Positions 1 through 8,581 of a stretch of 32,000 nt of DNA are shown in pieces. A program made the translations under genes and the position numbers. The stretch is from contig PBGP02000019.1 in NCBI GenBank assembly GCA_002720095.2, positions 90,177 through 122,176 of the forward strand. Direction: 5' to 3'. The first letter of the stretch is position 1. Each line of letters opens with the position of its first letter. The DNA comes from Methanobacteriota archaeon. Lineage in GTDB: Archaea; Thermoplasmatota; Poseidoniia; Poseidoniales; Poseidoniaceae. A model generated the notes under the pieces. That model saw only the letters and a list, made by a program, of their open reading frames with translations. It did not search any database and was not told the DNA's origin.

Positions 1-1616
1 TATTTTTCTAATTCTTCTTGTTCAATTCTTAACCTTTCCTGCTCTTCTAAAAACTCTACTCTACCTAATCTAAGCTTCTCTAACTCAATCGCATAACTTT
101 CTCCAACATTAAAAATTTCAAAACCTCTCAATTCTTCTAAGTCATCTAATGTTTTCATTTGATCCCTAAGTTTTTGATAATTTTCTCTATAACCTTCTTC
201 TCGTATTTTAGCTACTAAAGAAGCTCTTTTAGAAACTTTCAATTCATTTAGCATTATTAAATTATCACCCTCAATATCCTCAAATTCAAGATTATCTATC
301 TCAAGTACACTTGTTGCATTGGTGATTCTATCTTCATAACTTTTTACTGCTGCACTTAAAATCTCATCCTCAAGTTCGGCGATTCTTTCATTTCTCATTT
401 TGATTAATTCAAATTCATTTTCTTCACTGACACCAGTTATTATCATTTCATTTAATTCATTTACACTACTAGAATTACTAATTTTATTTTCATACATAAT
501 ATTTGCAACAATCATCCTTCTCATTCTTTTTATTTGTTCTAATTCCTTCATTTGTCTGGGGTTAACTCCATCAATCACTAATTCATCAAACTCATTTAAT
601 TCTGTTAATTGTTCAATTTTTTCTATTAACTCCTCATATCTTTTTAATTGCTTAGCTAATGTTTCTCGATCTGATAATAACTTATGTCTTTGTTTATACA
701 CCTCATTCAGCTTATTATTTTGAATCTCATTTACATCCTCTATCGTAACTTTTTCTAATTCCTCCACGGTTGGTGAATTCAATATTTCTTCATTCAACCT
801 TTCAAAATTTTCTAAATGTCTTAACTCCTCCTCTTCTTTCAGAATTCTTTCTCTACTAATTTCAATTAACTCGTTCAATTCTTTTAATTCTTCTTTATCC
901 TTTGTTTTTATTTCTATATTTTCTAGCTCTTCGATGGTTTTAGCATTTTGAATATTATATCTCAATGCTTCTTCATCCTTCATTTTCTTTAACCTATCTT
1001 TAAGAAGGGCCTCTTCCATTTCCAACTTCTTTTTCTCTTGAATCATACGTTTTTCTGTAACTTCCTCTTGCTTTCTTCTCAATCTCTCTTTCATTTTTTC
1101 AGCATCTTGATGGTCAACTTCCCTTCTTAATAACCTCAAAACATGTGATAGTTCAGTCATTCTCAAATCTAAATCAACCAAATCCATATTTTCAATATTA
1201 TCATCGAAGGCCTCATCAGGAGGAATACCCAATTTATCCTGTATTTGTAATACTTCATCAGCCATGTTCATACATTTTGTGCGCTTTTCTTCTAATTCTC
1301 TCCTTGCCGCAGTCCTTGCATTTCTTATTAGTTGTACATCTCCAATTTCCTGTTCTAAAGATGTTAAACTTTTCCTTTTACCTAACATTTCTCCTCGTAG
1401 TGATTTTATATTTTCACTTTCTTCATCCTTACTTTTCTTTTTTCTAAACGAACCGAAGAAACCTTTTTCTTTCTCAGCAAATAATTTTGGCATTTGAAAG
1501 TCTACTATTGATGATAGCCCATCATCACCATCTAATTCATTATTAGTGAAGAATACAAACCAAATTAAAATCACTAAAAATATAGTAACCCCTACTATTA
1601 TCAATGTAACCATCAT
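1..1616 (-). CDS. Membrane-anchored long coiled-coil protein, 3' end outside the window (hypothetical)
   Basis: Reverse complement from ATG at 1616-1614 (in-frame TAG immediately upstream at 1619-1617) reads MMVTLIIVGVTIFLVILIWFVFFTNNELDGDDGLSSIVDFQMPKLFAEKEKGFFGSFRKK.... The parts I hand-translated are open, and the frame looks open to position 1. One N-terminal TM helix is followed by more than 480 aa of E/K/L/R-rich heptad-like sequence. It is missing from the ORF track because no stop lies in the window. The three + strand ORFs listed here (400-723, 1145-1447, 1264-1497) are its low-complexity antisense. Confidence 0.7.
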   Translation of the reverse strand, partial: MMVTLIIVGVTIFLVILIWFVFFTNNELDGDDGLSSIVDFQMPKLFAEKEKGFFGSFRKKKSKDEESENIKSLRGEMLGKRKSLTSLEQEIGDVQLIRNARTAARRELEEKRTKCMNMADEVLQIQDKLGIPPDEAFDDNIENMDLVDLDLRMTELSHVLRLLRREVDHQDAEKMKERLRRKQEEVTEKRMIQEKKKLEMEEALLKDRLKKMKDEEALRYNIQNAKTIEELENIEIKTKDKEELKELNELIEISRERILKEEEELRHLENFERLNEEILNSPTVEELEKVTIEDVNEIQNNKLNEVYKQRHKLLSDRETLAKQLKRYEELIEKIEQLTELNEFDELVIDGVNPRQMKELEQIKRMRRMIVANIMYENKISNSSSVNELNEMIITGVSEENEFELIKMRNERIAELEDEILSAAVKSYEDRITNATSVLEIDNLEFEDIEGDNLIMLNELKVSKRASLVAKIREEGYRENYQKLRDQMKTLDDLEELRGFEIFNVGESYAIELEKLRLGRVEFLEEQERLRIEQEELEK

Positions 1617-1828
1617 CTAATAATCACCCAATTTCAATCCTTAGATAGCACACCCAACCACTCATTAAATTTGACCCTTTTTATTTTCAATATATATTTT
1701 TTATAAAGTATTTTATTATTAATTTATTAATAATATAATAAGTTAAAACTTACAAACTCAAGAAAAACATTTTTTAATTATTACAAGAGTTGATATCCTT
1801 CCATCTATTCGGGTAATTACTGAATGCC

Positions 1829-2719
1829 ATGCGGGATCCTAGAGCGTCCATATTAGAAAAAGATCTTTTTTCAAAAAATAATGATGGTGTTAGACCATTT
1901 AATCCCAATAAATTGCCAAAAACACCTCAAGAATCACCTCTTTTTCAACGTTTTTGGGAGATTTCAATGAACCAATCTATAGTACATCATAAAGGCAAAC
2001 TTTGGCATTTTAGCAAAGAAGAAAGACAACATTTACTTTTAGCCGTAGGAGCGTTCTCTATTGCCATTGCCTTCATGAGCGTTGGGGGAATCTTCAATTT
2101 ATTGAGCGGCGATATAATTGCAGGGGTTTTAGAAATGCTAGTCTATACTCCAATATTCATATTTGCTATAGCTCCAGCTTTTGTATTACACGAAATAGGC
2201 CATAAAATAGTAGCTAAGTATTATGGTTGCTGGGCAGAGTTCAGAGCCGATCCCAAAGGTCTTCAAACTGGAATCCTAATATCAGCAATACTGGGCTTTA
2301 TTTTCATGGCTCCGGGAGCTGTAATGGTTGCAGGCATGGTTTCTAAGAAACAGAATGGCCATATAGCCATAGCAGGGCCACTCGTTAACTTGTGCTTGTT
2401 TCTTTTAGGGATACCTTTAGGGATTGTACTGTTTGTTTTAATGGGAATTACAGAACCCCTTTCTCCACTTACAATCTCAGGATTATCACTTAAAGGGGTT
2501 GGATATCAAATGGTGTTTTACTGGTTGAGTGTCAACGCTTTCTTAGGATTATTCAATATGATTCCATGGGGGCCGCTCGATGGATTAAAAATAAAGGGCT
2601 GGTCAGAGGAATACTTTTGGTTAACAATTGGAATCTTTGCATTACTTGTCTTCCTCACAATATTTTCCGGGTACACAATGGGCACAATTTTATTGATCTC
2701 TGAAATGTTAAGTCCATAA
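1829..2719 (+). CDS. Site-2 protease family (peptidase M50) intramembrane zinc metalloprotease
   Basis: HEIGH (HExxH) lies inside a TM segment (VLHEIGHKIVAKYYG). The second M50 signature is NMIPWGPLDG (NxxPxxxLDG). Multiple hydrophobic helices. The start could instead be the internal Met (MNQSIV...). Confidence 0.85.
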   Translation: MRDPRASILEKDLFSKNNDGVRPFNPNKLPKTPQESPLFQRFWEISMNQSIVHHKGKLWHFSKEERQHLLLAVGAFSIAIAFMSVGGIFNLLSGDIIAGVLEMLVYTPIFIFAIAPAFVLHEIGHKIVAKYYGCWAEFRADPKGLQTGILISAILGFIFMAPGAVMVAGMVSKKQNGHIAIAGPLVNLCLFLLGIPLGIVLFVLMGITEPLSPLTISGLSLKGVGYQMVFYWLSVNAFLGLFNMIPWGPLDGLKIKGWSEEYFWLTIGIFALLVFLTIFSGYTMGTILLISEMLSP

Positions 2720-2723
2720 TTTA

Positions 2724-4373
2724 TCACAGATACGAGTTTAAGATTGGTTGATGATCAAGATGCAAGAAAATCATTGTTCCGTACCATGTCATTAAATCTA
2801 CAGAATTAATCAGGTTCTGCATTCCAGAAGCATAATCGTTTTCCATCCAATATAACATTTCATCAATCGTATCACATGTTTGATGGTAACAATCATATCC
2901 ATCAACTAATCCACCAAAACCCACAGTCACAGTATCTATTGCTTGGAATGAAGCATGATCACTCCTTGCAGTTGTTGCCTCATTTATGATAATTCCAGGT
3001 TCTCCAGCTTCAGACCATGCATTATTAAGTTCTCCATTTAGTACAGCTAATTGCTCTTCCACTCCTAAAGCGTCTCCTGCTAACCATTCGGCTAAATATA
3101 CCATTTTTGGTTGATTGATTACATCTTCTTCGGTGTCTGGACCAATATATACTCTAAATGGCCAATTTTCTTGACTCGCAGGGTAAGAACCAGTTCCATC
3201 AGGCCCCACTCTATCAGAAGGAGTTCCATTTCCTGGCCAATTAACACCCCCCATGTCGATATTTATGTAATTTGAAATAGTCACCTCATTAGGTATGTCT
3301 TCAACCCAAGCAATACTTCCTCTTTTACCACCTTCTTCACTACTCCATAAACAAAATACAATCCCTCTTCGAGTTGGAATATCAAACATTGCTTCCGCCA
3401 TAGTTAATACCACAGAAGTTCCTACAGTGTTATCATATGCTCCAACACGCGTTCCGTAACCTCTGGGCGCACCTAAATCTACTGGGGTAGGTGCGATAAT
3501 TGGCGCAATATCGAAATGAGCACCTATTACCATCCATTCATTAGGATATTCATAACCTTCTTTATATGCACAAATATTGTAAGCTTCTGGATTTGCTTCT
3601 ATATATTGAAATCTGTGCCTTTCAACATTTTCATATCCATATTCTGTAAACTCTTGTACTAAGAAATCAGCGGCATTTTCATAGGCAGGGTTTCCTTGTC
3701 CTGCCCATCTATTCAGGTAACCTTTTGCTCCATCAAATGGATCTGGTGAAGGGGTTTCATCAGATAGTACTGATAACATATTAAATGTCTCTAGTCCACT
3801 TACAATACCAGTGCTGTGAGCTCCTCCATTTTCAATAGAAACTCCCGCGGCCACTTGTCTAATTATAGTAGCAACTTTAACCGAAACGTAACCACCAGTT
3901 TCAGTACTATTTGATAATTGTAATAGTCCATTTTCAAATTCACTATCAATGATTTTTACTCCTCTGGAGTTTTTCATACCATTTTCAATCCATGTGGTCC
4001 ATGAAACATTTCCTTCACGAATAGGAAAATATTCCCGTCCTGGTTCACCAACTAATACAACAAAATTATCTATTCTAGGAGGAATAAGAATTACAATTTC
4101 ATAGTCTTCATTTTCTCCTAAATCAAGAACAGTACCATTCTGTATGTATCCAGTATTAGGTTGTAATACCAGATAAGGAACTAACACCCTCATCGCTTCA
4201 TCAGCCTTAAATGATATAGTTTGAAAAATTCCAGCAGTTAATGGATCGGGTGCAATAGTAAGTGCATCCGCATTTGGCATGTCACTCTTTTCATTATCAG
4301 CAAAACAACCAACCATTGATGCATTCAGTACTAGTAATATTAGTAAAAATGAACGATAGTTAATCTGTCCCAT
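2724..4373 (-). CDS. Secreted or lipid-anchored M28-family zinc aminopeptidase
   Basis: M28 metal and catalytic motifs appear in order: GAHFDIAP (HxD), GAYDNTVGTS, SSEEGGKRGS (EE), NIDMGG, RSDHASFQ. The N-terminus is a signal peptide ending in the lipobox-like MVGC. The track start at 4385 is TTG. I prefer ATG at 4373, which is preceded by GGAGG (ttGGAGGttattATG). Confidence 0.85.
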   Translation of the reverse strand: MGQINYRSFLLILLVLNASMVGCFADNEKSDMPNADALTIAPDPLTAGIFQTISFKADEAMRVLVPYLVLQPNTGYIQNGTVLDLGENEDYEIVILIPPRIDNFVVLVGEPGREYFPIREGNVSWTTWIENGMKNSRGVKIIDSEFENGLLQLSNSTETGGYVSVKVATIIRQVAAGVSIENGGAHSTGIVSGLETFNMLSVLSDETPSPDPFDGAKGYLNRWAGQGNPAYENAADFLVQEFTEYGYENVERHRFQYIEANPEAYNICAYKEGYEYPNEWMVIGAHFDIAPIIAPTPVDLGAPRGYGTRVGAYDNTVGTSVVLTMAEAMFDIPTRRGIVFCLWSSEEGGKRGSIAWVEDIPNEVTISNYINIDMGGVNWPGNGTPSDRVGPDGTGSYPASQENWPFRVYIGPDTEEDVINQPKMVYLAEWLAGDALGVEEQLAVLNGELNNAWSEAGEPGIIINEATTARSDHASFQAIDTVTVGFGGLVDGYDCYHQTCDTIDEMLYWMENDYASGMQNLINSVDLMTWYGTMIFLHLDHQPILNSYL

Positions 4374-4449
4374 AATAACCTCCAATAACTATTACATGTT
4401 GAAGTTGACGAATTAAAAATTATTATTATTCGGAATATTTTTAATTATT

Positions 4450-4839
4450 TTACATTACATTAATACTACCAATAAAACCTTCTAAATCACATTCATAGTC
4501 ATAAATCTTCCCAACAGTAAAGGTTTCAGTAATAGTCATTCTAAAATTTCCCCCAGCTAAAATTTCTCCTGAGTTAAACTCACCATCTAAAGAGACAACA
4601 CTGTGAGACACCTGGTCTTGATTATTCCAAGTAATAGTATCTCCAACCATAACATCAATTAGATCTGGATCAAATCTATCCTCTGTTATATTTATAGAAT
4701 ATTCAACAGGTTCTCTTTCAATGGTAGTGTCATTGGTAGTGTCATTGGTAGTGTCATTACTGTCATCACTACCTGTGCAACCACTAATAATTGGCGCACA
4801 AAATAAGATTAAAGCAACACAAATATTCCTCAGAATTAT
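4450..4839 (-). CDS. Cupredoxin-like (amicyanin/halocyanin-like) lipoprotein; start codon unresolved
   Basis: The track gives only 66 aa from ATG 4650, but the frame is open upstream to 4887. The upstream part encodes ...ILRNICVALILFCAPIISGCTGSDDSDN(TTND)x3 TTIEREPVEYSINITEDRFDPDLIDVMVGDTITWNNQDQVSHSV...YDYECDLEGFIGSINVM. That is a signal peptide with a lipobox, a Thr/Asn/Asp linker and the first cupredoxin strand. There is no in-frame ATG, GTG or TTG between 4650 and 4887, so the 5' end (ATA, ATT or CTG near 4831-4848?) is a guess. Confidence 0.6.
   Translation of the reverse strand: MILRNICVALILFCAPIISGCTGSDDSNDTTNDTTNDTTIEREPVEYSINITEDRFDPDLIDVMVGDTITWNNQDQVSHSVVSLDGEFNSGEILAGGNFRMTITETFTVGKIYDYECDLEGFIGSINVM
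4723..4758 (-). repeat. Perfect 3 x 12-bp tandem repeat (ggtagtgtcatt on the + strand) encoding (TTND)x3 linker
   Basis: Read directly: ggtagtgtcatt ggtagtgtcatt ggtagtgtcatt at 4723-4758. It is in frame with the cupredoxin-like ORF, between the lipobox Cys and the domain. Confidence 0.9.
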
Positions 4840-5040
4840 GTTATTAATTGAGTACTTAGACCGAATATTGAGTATATTAATTTTATATTAAAATTATTAA
4901 TTATACAGAGATACTTCATATTCAGGTAATAACCCAACCAAATCTTTTGACATTTTAGTTTCATAGAAACTCACCCCCTCTCATATGAGCTATATTATTC
5001 CTGCATTTGAAGGATAATCTATGATGACCACTTTCGATCA

Positions 5041-5160
5041 TATTCGGCACTTGAGATACCCAATGCCCACCCCAACCTACTATACTTGCACCATCTTTCA
5101 ATCAATATATGAATTTCTAGTAGGACAGACATCAACAACCCCAGATGATAATTCCACTAA
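5041..5160 (-). pseudogene. Decayed, frameshifted relic of one more repeat unit of the 5230-6267 gene
   Basis: The minus strand reads LVELSSGVVDVCPTRNSYID* in one frame, then LKDGASIVGWGGHWVSQVPNMIESG in another. The intact unit is SEDLSSGVVEIFSTKYAFAALKDDGSVVTWG. There is nucleotide-level resemblance too: + strand caccatctttcaatc (about 5089-5103) versus ccatcatctttcaatgc in the gene, and ccccagatgataattcc versus caccagatgataaatcttc. Confidence 0.55.
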
Positions 5161-5229
5161 AGCCAAGAGTGAGAATCTTAGGCAGTTTCATAAGATTACA
5201 TGATGTCAAGTTGCCTCATTTACAGGAAA

Positions 5230-6267
5230 TCATTCTGCTACAAGAGCAGCAAATGCATATCTAGCGGAAAAAATCTCTACAACACCTGAATTCAAATCTT
5301 CTTGTTTCTCAGGCTCAAACCAGAATTCCCCCCAAGCAACCACACTTCCATCATCTTTCAATGCTGCCAATGCTCTATGAGTAGAAAAAATTTCTACAAC
5401 ACCGGATGATAAATCTTCTGAAACAGCAGAACTATCTCCTCCATAATCCTCATACCCCCAAGTAACCACACTTCCATCATCTTTCAATGCAGCAAATACA
5501 CTTTGACTGGAAAAAATCTCTACAACACCAGATGATAAATCTTCTGAAACAGCAGAACTATCTCCTGAACCACCAGCTCCCCATGTCACAACCGAACCAT
5601 CATCTTTCAATGCAGCAAATGCATATTTAGTCGAAAAAATCTCTACAACACCAGATGATAAATCTTCTGAAACAGCAGAACTATCTCCACCATATGTCGA
5701 ATACCCCCAAGTAATTACTCCATATGTTTGAATAATAGTTTCTGATACTCCAGTTCCAACATTTACAGTAATTACACCACTTTGACCTGCAATTGTTTTA
5801 CCTTTATATTGCAATCCAACTTTGAGTTCACAAGTAGTGCTTTCACCACAGATATCAACACCATTTTCTGATAATGTTATAATTTCATTACCTTGCCAAG
5901 TATCATCTTTAGTTTCTTCATTAATTGCACAGTTATCATCACCATTTGGAGTACATTTGTATGTTTGACCAGAACTCTCATCATACAAAGTGACTGTTAG
6001 AAAAGACCATTGTAAATCATCAGGTCCATTTGTAAAAGACATACGTAAAAGCGTATCACTTTCAGCATTATCACCTGGAGAATAAACCCCTTCTACAGAA
6101 TAAGTGTTAAGTGATCCAGCATCTACTTGATTGCCAGCAAGTTCACTTGCCCACACATACAGAACACCTGAAAGTACAACAGTAATTGCAACCATCAGTA
6201 TTGTAGCTATGACTGGACTTACACCAAATTCATCATCTTCTATTTTTAATGAATATTTCTTTCTCAT
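5230..6267 (-). CDS. Archaeal type IV pilin-like (DUF1628-type class III signal peptide) protein with C-terminal RCC1-like (ALKDDGSVVTWG) repeats
   Basis: The N-terminus MRKKYSLKIEDDEFGVSPVIATILMVAITVVLSGVLYVWASEL matches the archaeal pilin/flagellin-type prepilin signal (G|VSPVIATILMVAIT). The C-terminal 160 aa are 41-42-aa units: GGDSSAVSEDLSSGVVEIFSTxxAFAALKDDGSVVTWG. Confidence 0.78.
   Translation of the reverse strand: MRKKYSLKIEDDEFGVSPVIATILMVAITVVLSGVLYVWASELAGNQVDAGSLNTYSVEGVYSPGDNAESDTLLRMSFTNGPDDLQWSFLTVTLYDESSGQTYKCTPNGDDNCAINEETKDDTWQGNEIITLSENGVDICGESTTCELKVGLQYKGKTIAGQSGVITVNVGTGVSETIIQTYGVITWGYSTYGGDSSAVSEDLSSGVVEIFSTKYAFAALKDDGSVVTWGAGGSGDSSAVSEDLSSGVVEIFSSQSVFAALKDDGSVVTWGYEDYGGDSSAVSEDLSSGVVEIFSTHRALAALKDDGSVVAWGEFWFEPEKQEDLNSGVVEIFSARYAFAALVAE
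5233..5721 (-). repeat. Intragenic tandem repeat, period 123-126 bp, about 3.8 units, with long identical cores
   Basis: The 35-nt string gatgataaatcttctgaaacagcagaactatctcc occurs exactly at 5405-5439, 5531-5565 and 5654-5688. The flanking tctacaacacc and ccatcatctttcaatgc are also reiterated. Confidence 0.9.
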
Positions 6268-6324
6268 AAAGAATGCTTGACCGACCCTATTTAATTAATT
6301 CTTCCAAATTATAAAATCTTAATA

Positions 6325-8352
6325 TTATTCTTCATCCGTAGCGACCCAAAGTGCAGGATAATCATACCTTGCATCTTTATCTTCATCAAATTGAACTATA
6401 TAAATTCCTGAAACCATTTCAGAAATTACAACATATCCCCTAGGATCAAATTGTAATCCCCAATCAAAAGGAATCATACAAGAAGCCCAACAATCCGCCA
6501 TATCGTATTCTAAAGCATCAATTCCACTTTGATTCATCCATTCGGGCCCAGCAGGCAGATAGTATCCGAGAGTTTTTGTTTCAGCTAATTCTTTAATTGC
6601 TGGAAAACCGATTTCTGGCTGAGCAGTTCCATTTTCCCAAACTAAATCTTCCCAAATTTTTCCATGATCTGTAAGCCATATTCCTGCATGATAATGAGTC
6701 CAGTATACATGTCCACGTAATCCAGTATCTCCATTATGTGGACTGAAGATGTATCCTCCAGGAATATAATGTTGAGGATGACTTGAACCATTTGCTAGTG
6801 TACCTTGTCCCGGTAATTTCCATTTACTCACCAAGAATGGTTTAGCAGGATCAGTTGTATCGATTGTCCAAACATATCCAGTATGATTTGCATTCTCCCC
6901 ATATTCTGGAGCAATAATTGTAAAATGTCTCCAATTTATTCCAAATTCAGGGTCTTCGGGACCAGTACCACAATTTTCAGGCCATTCTGATTTAGGGTCT
7001 CCCTCATAAATCCCATTACAAATCAAGTGGTCATATGGTACAGCGTAGTGAATATTGTCATTTCCTTGCCCCGCATCTAACCATTCATCGGGAGTCATGC
7101 CAGCATGTCCACCCCCCTCTGGACCATACCAACCAGATTCATCAGTTGGACATCCCAACCATCTACCAACTTCGTAATCTTGAGGCCAACTAATCCCTTC
7201 AGGATCAGGAATTACAGGAGGATTTGTAACATCAACAATTCTTAAACCAGCACCCCAATAAGAAACATACAATAATTTCTGACCAGTTACAGGGTGTACA
7301 TGGAATACATTATCATGATTAAAAATAGATCCTCCACAAGTAGTTTCAGGCTCAGGAGAATATCCACCCCATCTTAGGATTTGCCTACTAGTATTTTCTT
7401 GCTCATCGTTCTGAAGAGGATTTAACCATGATTCGAGACCAAGTGGCACATAAAATACTTGAGTGCCTTTGTAGTAAACTCCACTATCCCCTTCTATCAT
7501 TTCTGGATATGGGTCAGCTCCAAATAAGAACAAACTACATTCTTCTTCAGGACTTGCAGCTCCTTCCCAATCACAATAAACATGCAAATCTTGATTATGA
7601 AAACCTGCAGGGGGATTATTCCATTCTGCAACTTTCACAGGAGAGCTTTTGTCACCTACATAGATTACATCCAAACGATTTGCCCCGGAATTCGCATCAT
7701 CATCATTTGGAATAGGGTCTAATTCACTATTAGTTAATTCATGATTGACCAATACCCAATTATTATCTGGAGTTACTTTAATATCAATCATTCTAGCAGT
7801 TTCTGCATAATATGTTGAAAGCAATCTAATATTATTTGGTTTAGAAATATCCAATATTTCAAATTGGTTATAACTTGAAACATATGCATAACAACCACCA
7901 ATCACACCCGAAGGGCTACTTGAATCGGCGGTTATTACACAATCTTCTCCAAAATTACCCTCAATTGATACTTCTGAATTATCACCGGGAGTTGGGCCTA
8001 TATTTTTGTAATCATCACTACAAGGTCTTCCAGCAACGTCATCTAATTCTGCAGGAGGTTTTACATTACCATCACAATTTAAATTATGATAGTCAATTAA
8101 ATGTACATTTGGTGTTTTCAATCTGTGTTGTGATAAATTGTTGTGAGAGTGATTAGCATCTTCAATTTCCATTACTGGGTCAATCCAAACCCATTCTCCA
8201 TTTTCAATACTATTTTCATCATCGGTTGAAGTAAAATAGATTACAACAGATCCTATTGAAAGAACAATTAGACCAGCTAAAGCTAATGCTGTAGTTATTT
8301 GGCTTGTCATTATCCCTGTTGCAACTTCCGCAGTCGCCGCTTCTGAAGACAT
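6325..8352 (-). CDS. Membrane-anchored extracellular LVIVD-repeat beta-propeller protein
   Basis: N-terminal TM helix (ALALAGLIVLSIGSVVIYF). LVIVD-type blades: FEILDISKPNNIRLLSTYY, GAGLRIVDVTNPPVIP, SGIYIVQFDED. Large, acidic, Trp/Gly/Pro-rich ectodomain. Confidence 0.7.
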   Translation of the reverse strand: MSSEAATAEVATGIMTSQITTALALAGLIVLSIGSVVIYFTSTDDENSIENGEWVWIDPVMEIEDANHSHNNLSQHRLKTPNVHLIDYHNLNCDGNVKPPAELDDVAGRPCSDDYKNIGPTPGDNSEVSIEGNFGEDCVITADSSSPSGVIGGCYAYVSSYNQFEILDISKPNNIRLLSTYYAETARMIDIKVTPDNNWVLVNHELTNSELDPIPNDDDANSGANRLDVIYVGDKSSPVKVAEWNNPPAGFHNQDLHVYCDWEGAASPEEECSLFLFGADPYPEMIEGDSGVYYKGTQVFYVPLGLESWLNPLQNDEQENTSRQILRWGGYSPEPETTCGGSIFNHDNVFHVHPVTGQKLLYVSYWGAGLRIVDVTNPPVIPDPEGISWPQDYEVGRWLGCPTDESGWYGPEGGGHAGMTPDEWLDAGQGNDNIHYAVPYDHLICNGIYEGDPKSEWPENCGTGPEDPEFGINWRHFTIIAPEYGENANHTGYVWTIDTTDPAKPFLVSKWKLPGQGTLANGSSHPQHYIPGGYIFSPHNGDTGLRGHVYWTHYHAGIWLTDHGKIWEDLVWENGTAQPEIGFPAIKELAETKTLGYYLPAGPEWMNQSGIDALEYDMADCWASCMIPFDWGLQFDPRGYVVISEMVSGIYIVQFDEDKDARYDYPALWVATDEE

Positions 8353-8581
8353 AATCAGTCCGACTTACATCTATATTATCAATAAATCCCTTTGTAACTT
8401 CAGTATTATTATTGAAAATCAAAGTGAGTTGTACCATATGGTTGTTACGCAGTTAAACTTGAATGGACATCTATTAAAGTCGTAAATTTTGCAAATTTAG
8501 ATATGAAACGCTTTTAGAGTAATCTGACATGTCGAGGCAGACAATCAAAGTAAACATAAGATTACACCGTTTGCGAGAGTT

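Noticed and set aside
400-1497. Three + strand ORFs (400-723, 1145-1447, 1264-1497) with Ser/Phe/Leu/Ile-rich low-complexity products
   Set aside because: They are the antisense reading of the E/K/L-rich coiled-coil gene on the minus strand (GAA/AAG/AAA codons read backwards as TTC/CTT/TTT). They have no motifs and no plausible starts.
1617-1828. AT-only inverted repeat attattaat-tt-attaataat and other palindromic A/T strings in the divergent intergenic region
   Set aside because: In a near-100 percent A+T spacer such symmetry arises easily by chance. They are probably just promoter/TATA-rich DNA, and nothing supports a specific operator.
5021-5203. 60-aa + strand ORF in the 370-nt gap downstream of the pilin-like gene
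   Set aside because: The opposite strand carries a recognisable decayed repeat unit of the neighbouring gene. The + ORF has no RBS or TATA context and no recognisable motif.
6325-8437. Antisense or overlapping ORFs 7428-7715 (+), 7875-8156 (+) and 8219-8437 (-)
   Set aside because: They are embedded in, or overlap, the 675-aa LVIVD gene, which has strong protein-like composition. The products are His/Leu/Asn-rich low-complexity sequence typical of shadow frames.
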